The notes under the pieces: model-generated
Database searches by the model: none
What the model was told of the DNA's origin: nothing
What the model saw: only the letters and a program-made list of their open reading frames with translations
In this document: piece after piece, positions 1-8,150 of the stretch
Layout: the number at the start of each line of letters is the position of its first letter
Numbering within the stretch: position 1 is the first letter of the stretch
From: an uncultured Actinomycetota bacterium
Lineage (GTDB): Bacteria; Actinomycetota; Actinomycetes; Mycobacteriales; QHCD01
Assembly (NCBI GenBank): GCA_963837545.1
Contig: CAWINQ010000005.1
Coordinates: forward strand, 49,525 to 113,524
Direction of reading: 5' to 3'
Length of the DNA stretch: 64,000 bases
Program-made: the position numbers and the translations under genes

Positions 1-167
1 TTGAGCCCCATGAGTTCGGCGAGCCGCTCCGACTCGGACCCACGGAGGACCGCGACCGGGTCGGGCCGCGAGCCGGCCGGCGTCCAGTCTCCGTGCGACG
101 AGCGCGGTACGTCGGCCCGGATCGCCCGGCCGGCCGTTCGCCGATCGGCTGCACTCAGTGGGCTCAT
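1..167 (-). CDS. Possible 5' end of a gene running off the left edge (N-terminus MSPLSAADRRTAGRAIRADVPRSSHGDWTPAGSRPDPVAVLRGSESERLAELMGL...). Function unknown.
   Basis: Minus-strand ATG (reverse complement of 165-167) opens a frame that reads through to position 1 with protein-like composition. It is too short to classify. Confidence 0.25.
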   Translation of the reverse strand, partial: MSPLSAADRRTAGRAIRADVPRSSHGDWTPAGSRPDPVAVLRGSESERLAELMGL

Positions 168-307
168 CCTTGACCACCACGCCTCGGTCTACCGCTGATC
201 ATCCCCGGCTCACGGCACGAAGCCAATGATCGCAACCCGGGGGCCGTCGTTCACGAGGTTTCGGCCGACCGGTCGGACGTCCGGCGGGCGGCCGCGGTCC
301 GCACCCC

Positions 308-372
308 GGCATCATCGTGCGCCCTACTCGCACATCCGGGCCGATCATGCGAGTACACGACACGATGTCGAC
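308..372. repeat. Palindromic intergenic repeat, A-type unit, copy 1.
   Basis: ggCATCATCGTGCGCCCTACTCGCA-(loop catccgggccgatca)-TGCGAGTACACGACACGATGtcgac. Inverted arms about 20 bp. Related copies at 1688, 19481, 29016, 37422 and 52165. Confidence 0.8.
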
Positions 373-453
373 CCACCCGGGCACCTGGCGGCCGACTCCG
401 GCATCATCAGGACGCCGCACCTGAGTGTTCGACCACGCGACGAGGAGGGATCG

Positions 454-1551
454 GTGAGCTCGATCGAGGGACACCGGCTGGCGTCGGTCCATGCCTTCGA
501 GATCGTCAGCCGTTACCCGCGGACGGTCGGGCGCAACGCGCGTCTCGGAGCGCACGGCGACGGCCCGACGAGCACAGCGGTGTCCGTGACGACCGCAGCC
601 GGCGCGGTGGGATGGGGCCTCGCGACCGGCCCGGTCGAGCCGACCCGGTCACTCGTCGGCAGACCGGTCACCGAGCTGATCGACCCGTCGATCGGCGTCG
701 TCGAGCCGGCTGCCCTGCCGTTGGACTATGCGCTGCACGACCTCCTCGGCGTCGTCCTCGGCCGGCCCGTGCACGAACTGCTGGGCGGAGCCGGCGAGCA
801 GACCCTCGACTGCTACGACGGGGCGATCTACCTCGACGACCTCGACGTGTCTCCCGACCGGGCCATCGACACGGTCCTGACGAACTGCGCGACGGACCAC
901 GCCGCCGGATTCCGTGCCTTCAAGCTGAAGATCGGTCGCGGCCACCGGTGGATGGCTGCGGCCGAAGGACTGGCCCGCGACATCGAGGTGACCCGGGCGG
1001 TGCGCAAGCACTACCCGGACGCCGACATCCTCGTCGATGCCAACGACGGGTTCACCGTCGCCGACGCGCTGCACTATCTCGACGCGGTCCAGGACTGCGG
1101 ATTGTTCTGGCTCGAGGAGCCCTTCGCCGATGATCGCGACGACCTGACCCGGCTCCGCCGGTATCTGCGCGACACGGCGTCGCCGACATTGGTCGCCGAC
1201 GGCGAGTTCCGGCCGGACGTCCCGTCGCTGCTCTCCCTGGCTGCCGACGGGCTTGTCGACGTGCTGCTGATGGATGTCGTCACGTACGGGCTGACCGCGT
1301 GGCGGAAGGTGATGCCCGAGGTCCGCCGGGCCGGAGTCGCGGCGTCGCCGCACGCGTGGGGCGACCCGCTCAAGACGCTCTACGCGGCGCAGATCGGGGC
1401 CGGGCTGGGCAACGTCCGCACGGTCGAGGGCGTGCCCGGGACGATCGTGGGCGTCGACACCACCGGCTACCGGCTCGACGCGGGACGGCTGAGCGTGCCC
1501 ACGACCGCCGGCTTCGGGATCCCGGTACCGGACGGCGTCCTGGCGCGCTGA
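454..1551 (+). CDS. Enolase-superfamily enzyme (mandelate racemase / muconate lactonizing enzyme-like).
   Basis: ORF 226..1551 in frame. GTG at 454 is preceded by GAGGAGGGA. Mg-binding barrel motifs are present (KLKIGRG, DANDGFT, EEP, DVLLMD). Confidence 0.7.
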   Translation: MSSIEGHRLASVHAFEIVSRYPRTVGRNARLGAHGDGPTSTAVSVTTAAGAVGWGLATGPVEPTRSLVGRPVTELIDPSIGVVEPAALPLDYALHDLLGVVLGRPVHELLGGAGEQTLDCYDGAIYLDDLDVSPDRAIDTVLTNCATDHAAGFRAFKLKIGRGHRWMAAAEGLARDIEVTRAVRKHYPDADILVDANDGFTVADALHYLDAVQDCGLFWLEEPFADDRDDLTRLRRYLRDTASPTLVADGEFRPDVPSLLSLAADGLVDVLLMDVVTYGLTAWRKVMPEVRRAGVAASPHAWGDPLKTLYAAQIGAGLGNVRTVEGVPGTIVGVDTTGYRLDAGRLSVPTTAGFGIPVPDGVLAR

Positions 1552-1607
1552 CCGGCGCCCGGATCACCCGGCTCGCCGACCGCGCTCCTTTCCCTAGCGG
1601 GCCCGTC

Positions 1608-1752
1608 GCCATCATTGGACGCCGTACTCGCAAATAGGACCAAGAAATGCGAGTAGCGCGTCCAATGTCGCCGCGCCGAACCCTCCCGGCATCGTCGTGC
1701 GCCGTACCCGCATCTCCCGACCGAATGTGCGAGTAGCGCGCACGATGTCGCG
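1608..1752. repeat. Composite palindromic repeat: B-type unit (1611-1672) plus A-type unit (1688-1752).
   Basis: B unit: GGACGCCGTACTCGCAaataggaccaagaaaTGCGAGTAGCGCGTCC. A unit: CATCGTCGTGCGCCGTACCCGCA...TGTGCGAGTAGCGCGCACGATG. Confidence 0.8.
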
Positions 1753-1842
1753 GCCGCCCTCCCCCGGGCCGCCGCCCGGCAGGCGACAAATACGGAACAA
1801 GACCACAAAACACCGTAGCGGTGCGTCGCCATCTGTAAGTAG

Positions 1843-1873
1843 TTGACGTTGATTAGTCGATTCTGACTATAGT
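1843..1873 (+). promoter_or_regulatory. Candidate sigma70-like promoter (TTGACG-19 nt-TATAGT) in an AT-rich island upstream of ORF 1915.
   Basis: A local AT-rich patch (gtaagtagttgacgttgattagtcgattctgactatagtg) sits in an otherwise >70% GC sequence. The spacer is 19 nt, which is longer than ideal. Confidence 0.3.
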
Positions 1874-1914
1874 GCGGACATCGAGAACTGCTCTCCTCCG
1901 AGGAAGGAACAGCG

Positions 1915-2268
1915 ATGGAGACGACATCCGACGTCGATGCACCGGTCCGGATCCCGGCCGGCGAGATCCACATCGAGGTCGACCTCGATCACGGCGTACT
2001 CACGCTGCTCGTCGCGGACGACGCGGTCGTCGACGGCTGGGCCCTGCACCGCCTCGGCCGCGGGCGGGTCAAGGACGCGACCGGCTCGACGGCCGCCGCA
2101 GGCCGCCGCATCGTGCTCACCGGCCAGGTCCGCAGCGCTGAGGTCCGGGTCAAGCGGGGCATCGCCGTGCTGTCGGCCATGTGCTCCCGCGACTATGTCG
2201 CCGACCTGCGGCGTGCGCACCGGGAGGGCGGCGTACCCACCGTCGACGACCCGACCCGCGCCACCTGA
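1915..2268 (+). CDS. Hypothetical protein (117 aa).
   Basis: ATG with GGAAGGAAC RBS. Protein-like composition. No family recognised. Confidence 0.5.
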   Translation: METTSDVDAPVRIPAGEIHIEVDLDHGVLTLLVADDAVVDGWALHRLGRGRVKDATGSTAAAGRRIVLTGQVRSAEVRVKRGIAVLSAMCSRDYVADLRRAHREGGVPTVDDPTRAT

Positions 2269-2313
2269 CCACCGCCCCACCGTCCACCTCACACGGAAAC
2301 GAAAGGCAGCGTC

Positions 2314-3537
2314 ATGACCGACACACGCACCGCCCTGATCATCGGCGGTGGCATCGCCGGACCGGTCGCCGCGATGGCGTTACAGAAGGCGGGAATCGAG
2401 GCCAGGGTCTTCGAGGCCTACGGCGACACCGCCGGCGGCATCGGCGGCGGCCTGAGCGTCGCACCCAACGGCCTGAACGCACTCGGAGTCGTCGGGGTCG
2501 ACGACGCCATCCGACGGATCGGCGAGCCGATCACGACGATGGTCATCGAAAGCTGGACCGGCAAGCGGCTCGGCGAGTTCCGCGGAGCGCCAGGCCTGCC
2601 GGCGCAACAGTTCGTCTACCGCGCGGACCTCTACCGGGCGCTCTACGACGAGGCGGCCGGCCGCGGGATCCGCACCGAGCACGGCAAGCGGCTGGTCGAC
2701 GTCACCGACACCCGCGAGGGAGTGACCGCGCACTTCGCGGACGGCACGGAGGCCGGCGCCGACATCCTGATCGGGGCGGACGGCATCCGCTCGACGATCC
2801 GGTCGCTGATCGACCCGTCGGCCCCGCAACCCCGGTACGCCGGGCTGCTCAACTTCGCCGGGCGGATCGACGACACGGGTCTGGCCTCGACCGACGGCCG
2901 GATGCACATGGTCTTCGGCAAGCGGGCGTTCTTCGGCTACCAGATACTCGACGACGGGAGTGGCGGATGGTTCGTCAACCTCCCGCGCGAGGTGGCGATG
3001 ACCCGCGCCGAGGCCCAGGAAATCGGCCTCGAGCAATGGCGGCAGCTGCTCTGCGACGCCTTCAGCGACGACCGCTGCCCGGCGATCGATCTGATCCGGC
3101 GTACCCCTGCCGACGAGCTCCTGGTCATCGGCCCGATGGAGGACATCCCCACCGTGCCGACCTGGAGCAACGGCCGGTTGGTGCTCATCGGCGATGCCGC
3201 GCACGCGACCTCGCCGAGCTCCGGGCAGGGCGCGTCGCTGGCGGCCGAGAGCGCGGTTCAGCTGGCTCGCTGCCTGCGTGATCTCCCGCACACACAGGCC
3301 TTCACGGCGTACGAGGACATGCGCCGGGCCCGCGTCGAGAAGGTGATCGCCATGGCTGCCCGGACCAACAGCAACAAGGCGGCCGGACCGCTCGCCCGCA
3401 TCTTCCGTGACCTGGTGATGCCGATTGCGCTGAAGGTGGTCGCCAAACCGGAGCGACTGGCCTGGCAGTACGACTACCGCATCGACTGGGACGCTCCGGT
3501 CACGGGGGCGTCGCCGCGGGTGGCGGCCGCCGCCTGA
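2314..3537 (+). CDS. FAD-dependent monooxygenase (salicylate / aromatic hydroxylase-like, FAD_binding_3).
   Basis: N-terminal IIGGGIAGPVAAMAL Rossmann motif. Late motif LIGDAAHATSPSSGQGASLAAESA. RBS GAAAGGCAG. Confidence 0.8.
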   Translation: MTDTRTALIIGGGIAGPVAAMALQKAGIEARVFEAYGDTAGGIGGGLSVAPNGLNALGVVGVDDAIRRIGEPITTMVIESWTGKRLGEFRGAPGLPAQQFVYRADLYRALYDEAAGRGIRTEHGKRLVDVTDTREGVTAHFADGTEAGADILIGADGIRSTIRSLIDPSAPQPRYAGLLNFAGRIDDTGLASTDGRMHMVFGKRAFFGYQILDDGSGGWFVNLPREVAMTRAEAQEIGLEQWRQLLCDAFSDDRCPAIDLIRRTPADELLVIGPMEDIPTVPTWSNGRLVLIGDAAHATSPSSGQGASLAAESAVQLARCLRDLPHTQAFTAYEDMRRARVEKVIAMAARTNSNKAAGPLARIFRDLVMPIALKVVAKPERLAWQYDYRIDWDAPVTGASPRVAAAA

Positions 3538-4741
3538 GACGGCGGGTGTAGAGCCGGATTCCCGGTCGGGCGGTCAGGCCATGGGCGATGACGCTCAGCA
3601 GGATCGTGAGGGTAACGGCGTCGATCACCGTGTCGGACGTCGAGCCGGTGAAGGCGTCGAAGGCGATCAGGCCGAAGACGACCGAGGCGAGGCCACGCGG
3701 GCCGAACCAGCCGATGAACAGCACACTCGGACGGCCGAGGCGCGTCCCGAGCAGTCCGACCGCGACCGGCACCATGCGCATCACCGTCAGGGCGAGTATG
3801 GCGAACACGACCGTCTGCCAGGTCGCGCTCTCCAGGGCTTTGACGAGGATGGTTCCGAAGAAGAACCACACGAGAAGGGAGAGCAAATCGCCGGTCCGGG
3901 TGTCGAATTGCACGCTGGCCTTGCGGGCCGGACGGTGCACCACCGCGCCGAAGGCGAGTCCGCCGACGAAGGCCGAGATGAATCCGTTGCCGCCGAGCTC
4001 GACGGCGGCGGCATAGGTGACCAGAGCCAGACCGAGTACGGCGATCGCCCGGTAGGCCGGCGCGGCCCAGCCGCGCCGGCCGCCGAGCGCGAGCAGGAAT
4101 CCCCCGAGGAGGCCGATTCCGACACCGATGCCGGCTCCGATCACCATGTCCAGGACGGCGGCGCCGGGTCCGGCCTCGGTTCCGAACACGCTCTCACCGG
4201 CTGCGGCGGCGATGAAGAAGGTGACGAACGGCGTCGCGATTCCGTCGTTGAGCCCGCTCTCGACGGTGAGGATGCGGCGGATGCGGGGCGGCACCGCCCG
4301 GTCGTTGGTCACCGCTTCGCCGAGCGCCGCATCCGTCGGCGCCACCGCCGCGGCGATGACCGCGGCCGCCCAGGGGTTGAGGCCCGGGAAGAGGAGGATC
4401 GCCAGACCCGCGCCGAGCGCGACGGACAGCGGCAGGCCGACGAACAGGAGCCTGAGGGGCACACCGGCGTCCCGCTTCAGCTCGCGCAGGTTCACCAGGG
4501 CTGCGCCGGAGAAGAGCAGCAGGGCGAGGGTGATCTCGGCCAGGCTGCGCAGATCCACGTTGCGGATGGTGACGTGGAGAAGTGCGACAGGCTCGTTCTC
4601 GAAGATCACCCCGAGCGCGACGAACGCGATCGGCGCGCTGATGTCGAGCCGTTCCAGCCGCGCAGACAGCAGTCCCCACACGACCAGGCAGGCCGACAGG
4701 ATCAGGAGGAGCTCGGTGTCCAGGCCCTGTTCCATCCGCAC
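3500..4741 (-). CDS. Cation:proton antiporter (CPA1 / NhaP-type Na+(K+)/H+ exchanger).
   Basis: Polytopic membrane protein of 413 aa with the ESGLNDG exchanger motif. Confidence 0.7.
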   Translation of the reverse strand: MRMEQGLDTELLLILSACLVVWGLLSARLERLDISAPIAFVALGVIFENEPVALLHVTIRNVDLRSLAEITLALLLFSGAALVNLRELKRDAGVPLRLLFVGLPLSVALGAGLAILLFPGLNPWAAAVIAAAVAPTDAALGEAVTNDRAVPPRIRRILTVESGLNDGIATPFVTFFIAAAAGESVFGTEAGPGAAVLDMVIGAGIGVGIGLLGGFLLALGGRRGWAAPAYRAIAVLGLALVTYAAAVELGGNGFISAFVGGLAFGAVVHRPARKASVQFDTRTGDLLSLLVWFFFGTILVKALESATWQTVVFAILALTVMRMVPVAVGLLGTRLGRPSVLFIGWFGPRGLASVVFGLIAFDAFTGSTSDTVIDAVTLTILLSVIAHGLTARPGIRLYTRRLRRRPPPAATPP

Positions 4742-4830
4742 ACCCCAGCGGCCACCGTCGCAGTCCCGCCGGCCCGCTGCGTCACCCGATCAGGGTGATC
4801 CCGCGGGTGGATCCCCCGTGTCCGCCCGGC

Positions 4831-5328
4831 TCAGCCGATCTCGTCCAGCCTGCCGGTGGCGACGTCGAAGACGAAGCCGCGGACGGAGTCCTTCTTCGGC
4901 AGGAACGGGCTGGCCATGATCCGCGCGATGGACTGGCGGACGTCGCCGGGGCCGTCCGCGAACGCCTCGGCCGCCCAGTCCGGCTTGATCCCGACGTCGT
5001 CCTGGATCGACTGCTTGAACTCGTCGTCGCGGAAGGTGAGCATCCCGCATTCCGTGTGATGGATGAGGATGATCTCCTCCGTCCCGAGCAGACGCTGGCT
5101 GATCGTGAGGGAGCGGATCGTGTCACCGGTCACGACACCGCCGGCGTTGCGGATGACGTGCGCCTCGCCCTCGCGCAGACCGAGGATCCGGTAGACGTCC
5201 AGGCGGGCGTCCATGCAGGCGACGACCGCGACCTTCTTCGCCGGCGGCGACGGAAGCGAGCCGGAGAACGTCTTGGCGAATTCGCCGTTGTTCGAGAGCA
5301 GTTCGTCGGTGGCCGTCATGGCGTGCAA
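4831..5328 (-). CDS. Beta-class carbonic anhydrase.
   Basis: CMDAR...HTECG zinc-ligand motifs (VVACMDARLD, IILIHHTECGM). Confidence 0.8.
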   Translation of the reverse strand: MHAMTATDELLSNNGEFAKTFSGSLPSPPAKKVAVVACMDARLDVYRILGLREGEAHVIRNAGGVVTGDTIRSLTISQRLLGTEEIILIHHTECGMLTFRDDEFKQSIQDDVGIKPDWAAEAFADGPGDVRQSIARIMASPFLPKKDSVRGFVFDVATGRLDEIG

Positions 5329-5388
5329 CCCCAGTCGGTTAGGTGGGAAACAGTATGCCCGTCAACTCGAGAAGTGGGTGACCGGCCG

Positions 5389-6129
5389 CTAGCGCGGCAC
5401 GCCGTCCACGATGGTGTCGACCTTCTCGTCGTAGAACGCGACAAGGCCCGCGATGGGCAGCAGCTGACGGGTCGGGAAGGCGTAGGACCACGCCAGGTCC
5501 GGATGGACGGTGTCACCGACCCGGACCGACCAGTAGTCGCTCGTCGTTCCCTTGTACGGGCACTCGGTGACCGTGTCGGTCGCGACGAGGACCCCGAAGT
5601 CGATGTCGGTCCGGTCGACGTAGTGGCGGGTCGGCAACCCCGTCTCGAACACCATGACCGGCGAGTTCGACTCGGCCAGCACGGTGCCTTCCAGTTCGAT
5701 CCGGACGGATCTGGTCGACCGCAGGGCGTCGACCCGGGTGTAGGGGTTACGCGGGTGCACGAAGACCTGTTCGTCCTCCTCGTACCAGCTGTCCAGCGCT
5801 CGCCATTCGAACCGCACCGTGCCCGTCAGCCCGTCGATGTCGGAGTCGACGAGGAGTCTCGCGGCGTCCGGGCGCAGTGTGTCGCCTACCCGGAGATCGT
5901 GCAGTTGCACCGGACCGCGTCGGGTCTGCTGTGTTCGCTGCCGGGCGACGAGCAGGTCGGTGCGCACGTCGTCGACAGGAACGTAGTACTGCGGATAAGC
6001 CTGCGATTCCCAGACGTAGCGGGCACGGGTCGTATCCAGAACTTTCCGGCCGGACAGGAACGCCCGGATCCGGCGCGGGACCGGCTCGACGTGGTTGACC
6101 GGGACGATGACCTGCGGATAGCCGCCCAT
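5389..6129 (-). CDS. DUF427 domain protein (two tandem DUF427 repeats).
   Basis: YYVP / CPYKG-type motifs occur twice (QYYVPVDDV ... ECPYKGTTSDYW). Confidence 0.6.
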   Translation of the reverse strand: MGGYPQVIVPVNHVEPVPRRIRAFLSGRKVLDTTRARYVWESQAYPQYYVPVDDVRTDLLVARQRTQQTRRGPVQLHDLRVGDTLRPDAARLLVDSDIDGLTGTVRFEWRALDSWYEEDEQVFVHPRNPYTRVDALRSTRSVRIELEGTVLAESNSPVMVFETGLPTRHYVDRTDIDFGVLVATDTVTECPYKGTTSDYWSVRVGDTVHPDLAWSYAFPTRQLLPIAGLVAFYDEKVDTIVDGVPR

Positions 6130-6204
6130 GGGAATCAGCCTATCCGGGCGCGTCGACCGATAGCCTGCACAGGAGCAGCCGGTTGGCGGGAGGGGGTTGC
6201 CGAC

Positions 6205-6816
6205 GTGTCATTCGTGTCTCGTGGTTTCACCGGGCGTCGACGCGCGGGAGAAGGCCCGCCCGGTAGGTTACCGCCAGGGCAGTACGACGTGGGCGACGGT
6301 TTCCCCGTGCTGTCCGCCGGCCCGACCCCGCACACGTCGACGGACCGCTGGGATTTGCGCGTGCAGGGCCAGATCGACGACGTACGCCGATGGAGTTGGG
6401 ACGAGTTCCGTGCGCTGCCGCGGGAGTCGATGACGGTCGACATCCACTGCGTGACGAGCTGGTCGAAGTTCGGCACCCGCTGGGAAGGGGTGTCGGTCGA
6501 CGCCCTGCTCGGCGACGTGGAGACGGCCGCCGAATTCGTCACCGCCTTCAGCGATGGCGGCTACACGACCAACCTGCCGCTCGCCGACCTGACCGACGGC
6601 CAGGCATGGGTGGTCGACACCTACGACGGTGCGCCGCTGCCGCCCGAGCACGGCGGGCCGGCCCGGCTCCTCGTGCCACACCTCTATTTCTGGAAGTCCG
6701 CCAAGTGGATACGCGGCCTCGCCCTCACGCTGACCGACGAGCCGGGCTTCTGGGAGACCTTCGGCTACCACAACTACGGTGACCCGTGGCAGGAACAGCG
6801 GTACGCCGGCGACTGA
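6205..6816 (+). CDS. Sulfite-oxidase-family molybdopterin-binding oxidoreductase, Moco domain only (YuiH-like).
   Basis: GTG at 6205 preceded by AGGGGG. It is in frame with the 3' third of artefactual ORF 4795..6816. Motifs: DVHCVTSWSK, EHGGPARLLVPHLYFWKSAKW. Confidence 0.7.
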   Translation: MSFVSRGFTGRRRAGEGPPGRLPPGQYDVGDGFPVLSAGPTPHTSTDRWDLRVQGQIDDVRRWSWDEFRALPRESMTVDIHCVTSWSKFGTRWEGVSVDALLGDVETAAEFVTAFSDGGYTTNLPLADLTDGQAWVVDTYDGAPLPPEHGGPARLLVPHLYFWKSAKWIRGLALTLTDEPGFWETFGYHNYGDPWQEQRYAGD

Positions 6817-7532
6817 GCTGGCAGCGCGCCGAGGTGCTCGGCGTACGACGCGAGACCCCGCGCGCCTGCCGGCTCAGCCTGCGACCCCCGGACTGGCACG
6901 GGCACCGGCCCGGCCAGCACGTCGACGTACGCCTGACCGCCCCCGACGGATACACGGCACAGCGCAGCTACTCCATCGCCTCCCCGCCGGAGGCGTCCGG
7001 GATCGACCTGGTCGTCGAACGACTGGACGACGGCGAGGTGTCGCCGTACCTCACCGACGAGCTGCGCGACGGCGACCTCCTCGAGCTCCGGGGACCGATC
7101 GGCGGCTTCTTCGTCTGGCCGGCCGACCCCGACGGCCCGGTGCAGCTGATCGCCGGCGGCTCCGGTGTGGTGCCCTTCCTCGCGATGCTCGGCCACCATC
7201 GCGCGTCGGCGAGCACGGTGCCGGTGCGCCTGCTCTACTCGGCGCGCACCGACGACGACATCATCGGTCGCGCGGAGCTCGAGGACCCGGGAGGCGCCGC
7301 CGAAGTGAGCGTGACGCTGACCCGCGACGCTCCCGACGGCTGGACCGGGCCGACCGGGCGGGTCGACGCGGGGCTCCTGGCCGAACGCACCGTCACGGCG
7401 GCGCAGCGACCGCAGGTGTTGGTGTGCGGCCCGACCGGCTTCGTCGAGAGCGTGGCCCGCGGGCTCGTCGAGCTCGGCCACGATCCCGGCCGGATCAAGA
7501 CCGAACGCTTCGGAGCGACGGGAGGACCGTGA
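6786..7532 (+). CDS. FNR-like FAD/NAD(P)-binding oxidoreductase (ferredoxin-reductase-type flavoprotein, no Fe-S domain).
   Basis: RSYSIAS FAD motif and GGSGVVPF NAD motif. Overlaps the upstream gene by about 31 nt. The start could instead be GTG at about 6827. Confidence 0.7.
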   Translation: MAGTAVRRRLSWQRAEVLGVRRETPRACRLSLRPPDWHGHRPGQHVDVRLTAPDGYTAQRSYSIASPPEASGIDLVVERLDDGEVSPYLTDELRDGDLLELRGPIGGFFVWPADPDGPVQLIAGGSGVVPFLAMLGHHRASASTVPVRLLYSARTDDDIIGRAELEDPGGAAEVSVTLTRDAPDGWTGPTGRVDAGLLAERTVTAAQRPQVLVCGPTGFVESVARGLVELGHDPGRIKTERFGATGGP

Positions 7533-7825
7533 TGACCGACCCCGACGGACCGGACGACCGGAGACTGGACGCCAACGCGGCGGCCGGGCCGCTCGCCGAG
7601 CTGTTCACGGTGGATCTGACGGTCGCGGTCGCGACCTGCGCCAGCTGTGGCAGCAGCGGCCCGCTGGCCGCCCACGACCTCTACGCCGACGCTCCGGCAC
7701 TCGTCGTACGCTGCCCGCACTGCTCTGGCGTCGTACTCCGTTACGCCAGTACCGACGGCACGATCCGGCTCGACCTGACCGGGACCCGGCTGCTCACCGT
7801 CACCGTTCCGACCGACACCCCCTAG
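7532..7825 (+). CDS. Small Cys-rich protein with rubredoxin-like CxxCG...CPxCSG knuckles (DUF6510-like).
   Basis: ATG overlaps the upstream TGA (gtgATGAcc). Motifs CASCGSSG and CPHCSG. Confidence 0.6.
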   Translation: MTDPDGPDDRRLDANAAAGPLAELFTVDLTVAVATCASCGSSGPLAAHDLYADAPALVVRCPHCSGVVLRYASTDGTIRLDLTGTRLLTVTVPTDTP

Positions 7826-7834
7826 AGGACCGTC

Positions 7835-8128
7835 ATGCCCGAGATCTGCACGCACCTGCCTCCCGTGGACAACGTCGCGCCGAGCGGCAACGGCTGCGTC
7901 GAATGCCTGGCGACCGGCGGCCGGTGGGTCCATCTGCGTCGGTGCGTCGACTGCGGTCACATCGGCTGCTGCGACAGCTCCCCGAACCGGCACGCCACCG
8001 CGCACGTCCGCGCCGAGGACCACCCGCTGATCCAGTCCTTCGAGCCGCAGGAGGAGTGGTACTACTGCTATGCCGACGACCTGATGTTCACCCGGGAAGG
8101 GGCGGCACCCGGTCCGTCCCACACCTGA
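7835..8128 (+). CDS. UBP-type zinc-finger (zf-UBP) domain protein.
   Basis: 97 aa. C/H-rich motifs: CTHL, CVEC, RRCVDCGHIGCCDSSPNRHATAH. Starts 9 nt after the previous gene. Confidence 0.65.
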   Translation: MPEICTHLPPVDNVAPSGNGCVECLATGGRWVHLRRCVDCGHIGCCDSSPNRHATAHVRAEDHPLIQSFEPQEEWYYCYADDLMFTREGAAPGPSHT

Positions 8129-8150
8129 GATCAGCCGGCCCACACCGAGA

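Noticed and set aside
1-198. Plus-strand 65-aa ORF at the left edge.
   Set aside because: Low-complexity Ser/Arg-rich. The minus-strand frame with a proper ATG reads more protein-like.
2181-3281. 366-aa plus-strand ORF, and the 303-aa minus-strand ORF 2380..3291.
   Set aside because: They overlap the FAD monooxygenase in other frames. Extreme Arg content.
4795-6204. 5' two-thirds of the 673-aa plus-strand ORF 4795..6816.
   Set aside because: It is antisense to the well-supported beta-carbonic anhydrase and DUF427 genes and Arg/Asp/Gly-rich with no motifs. Only its 3' end (from GTG 6205) is the real Moco oxidoreductase.
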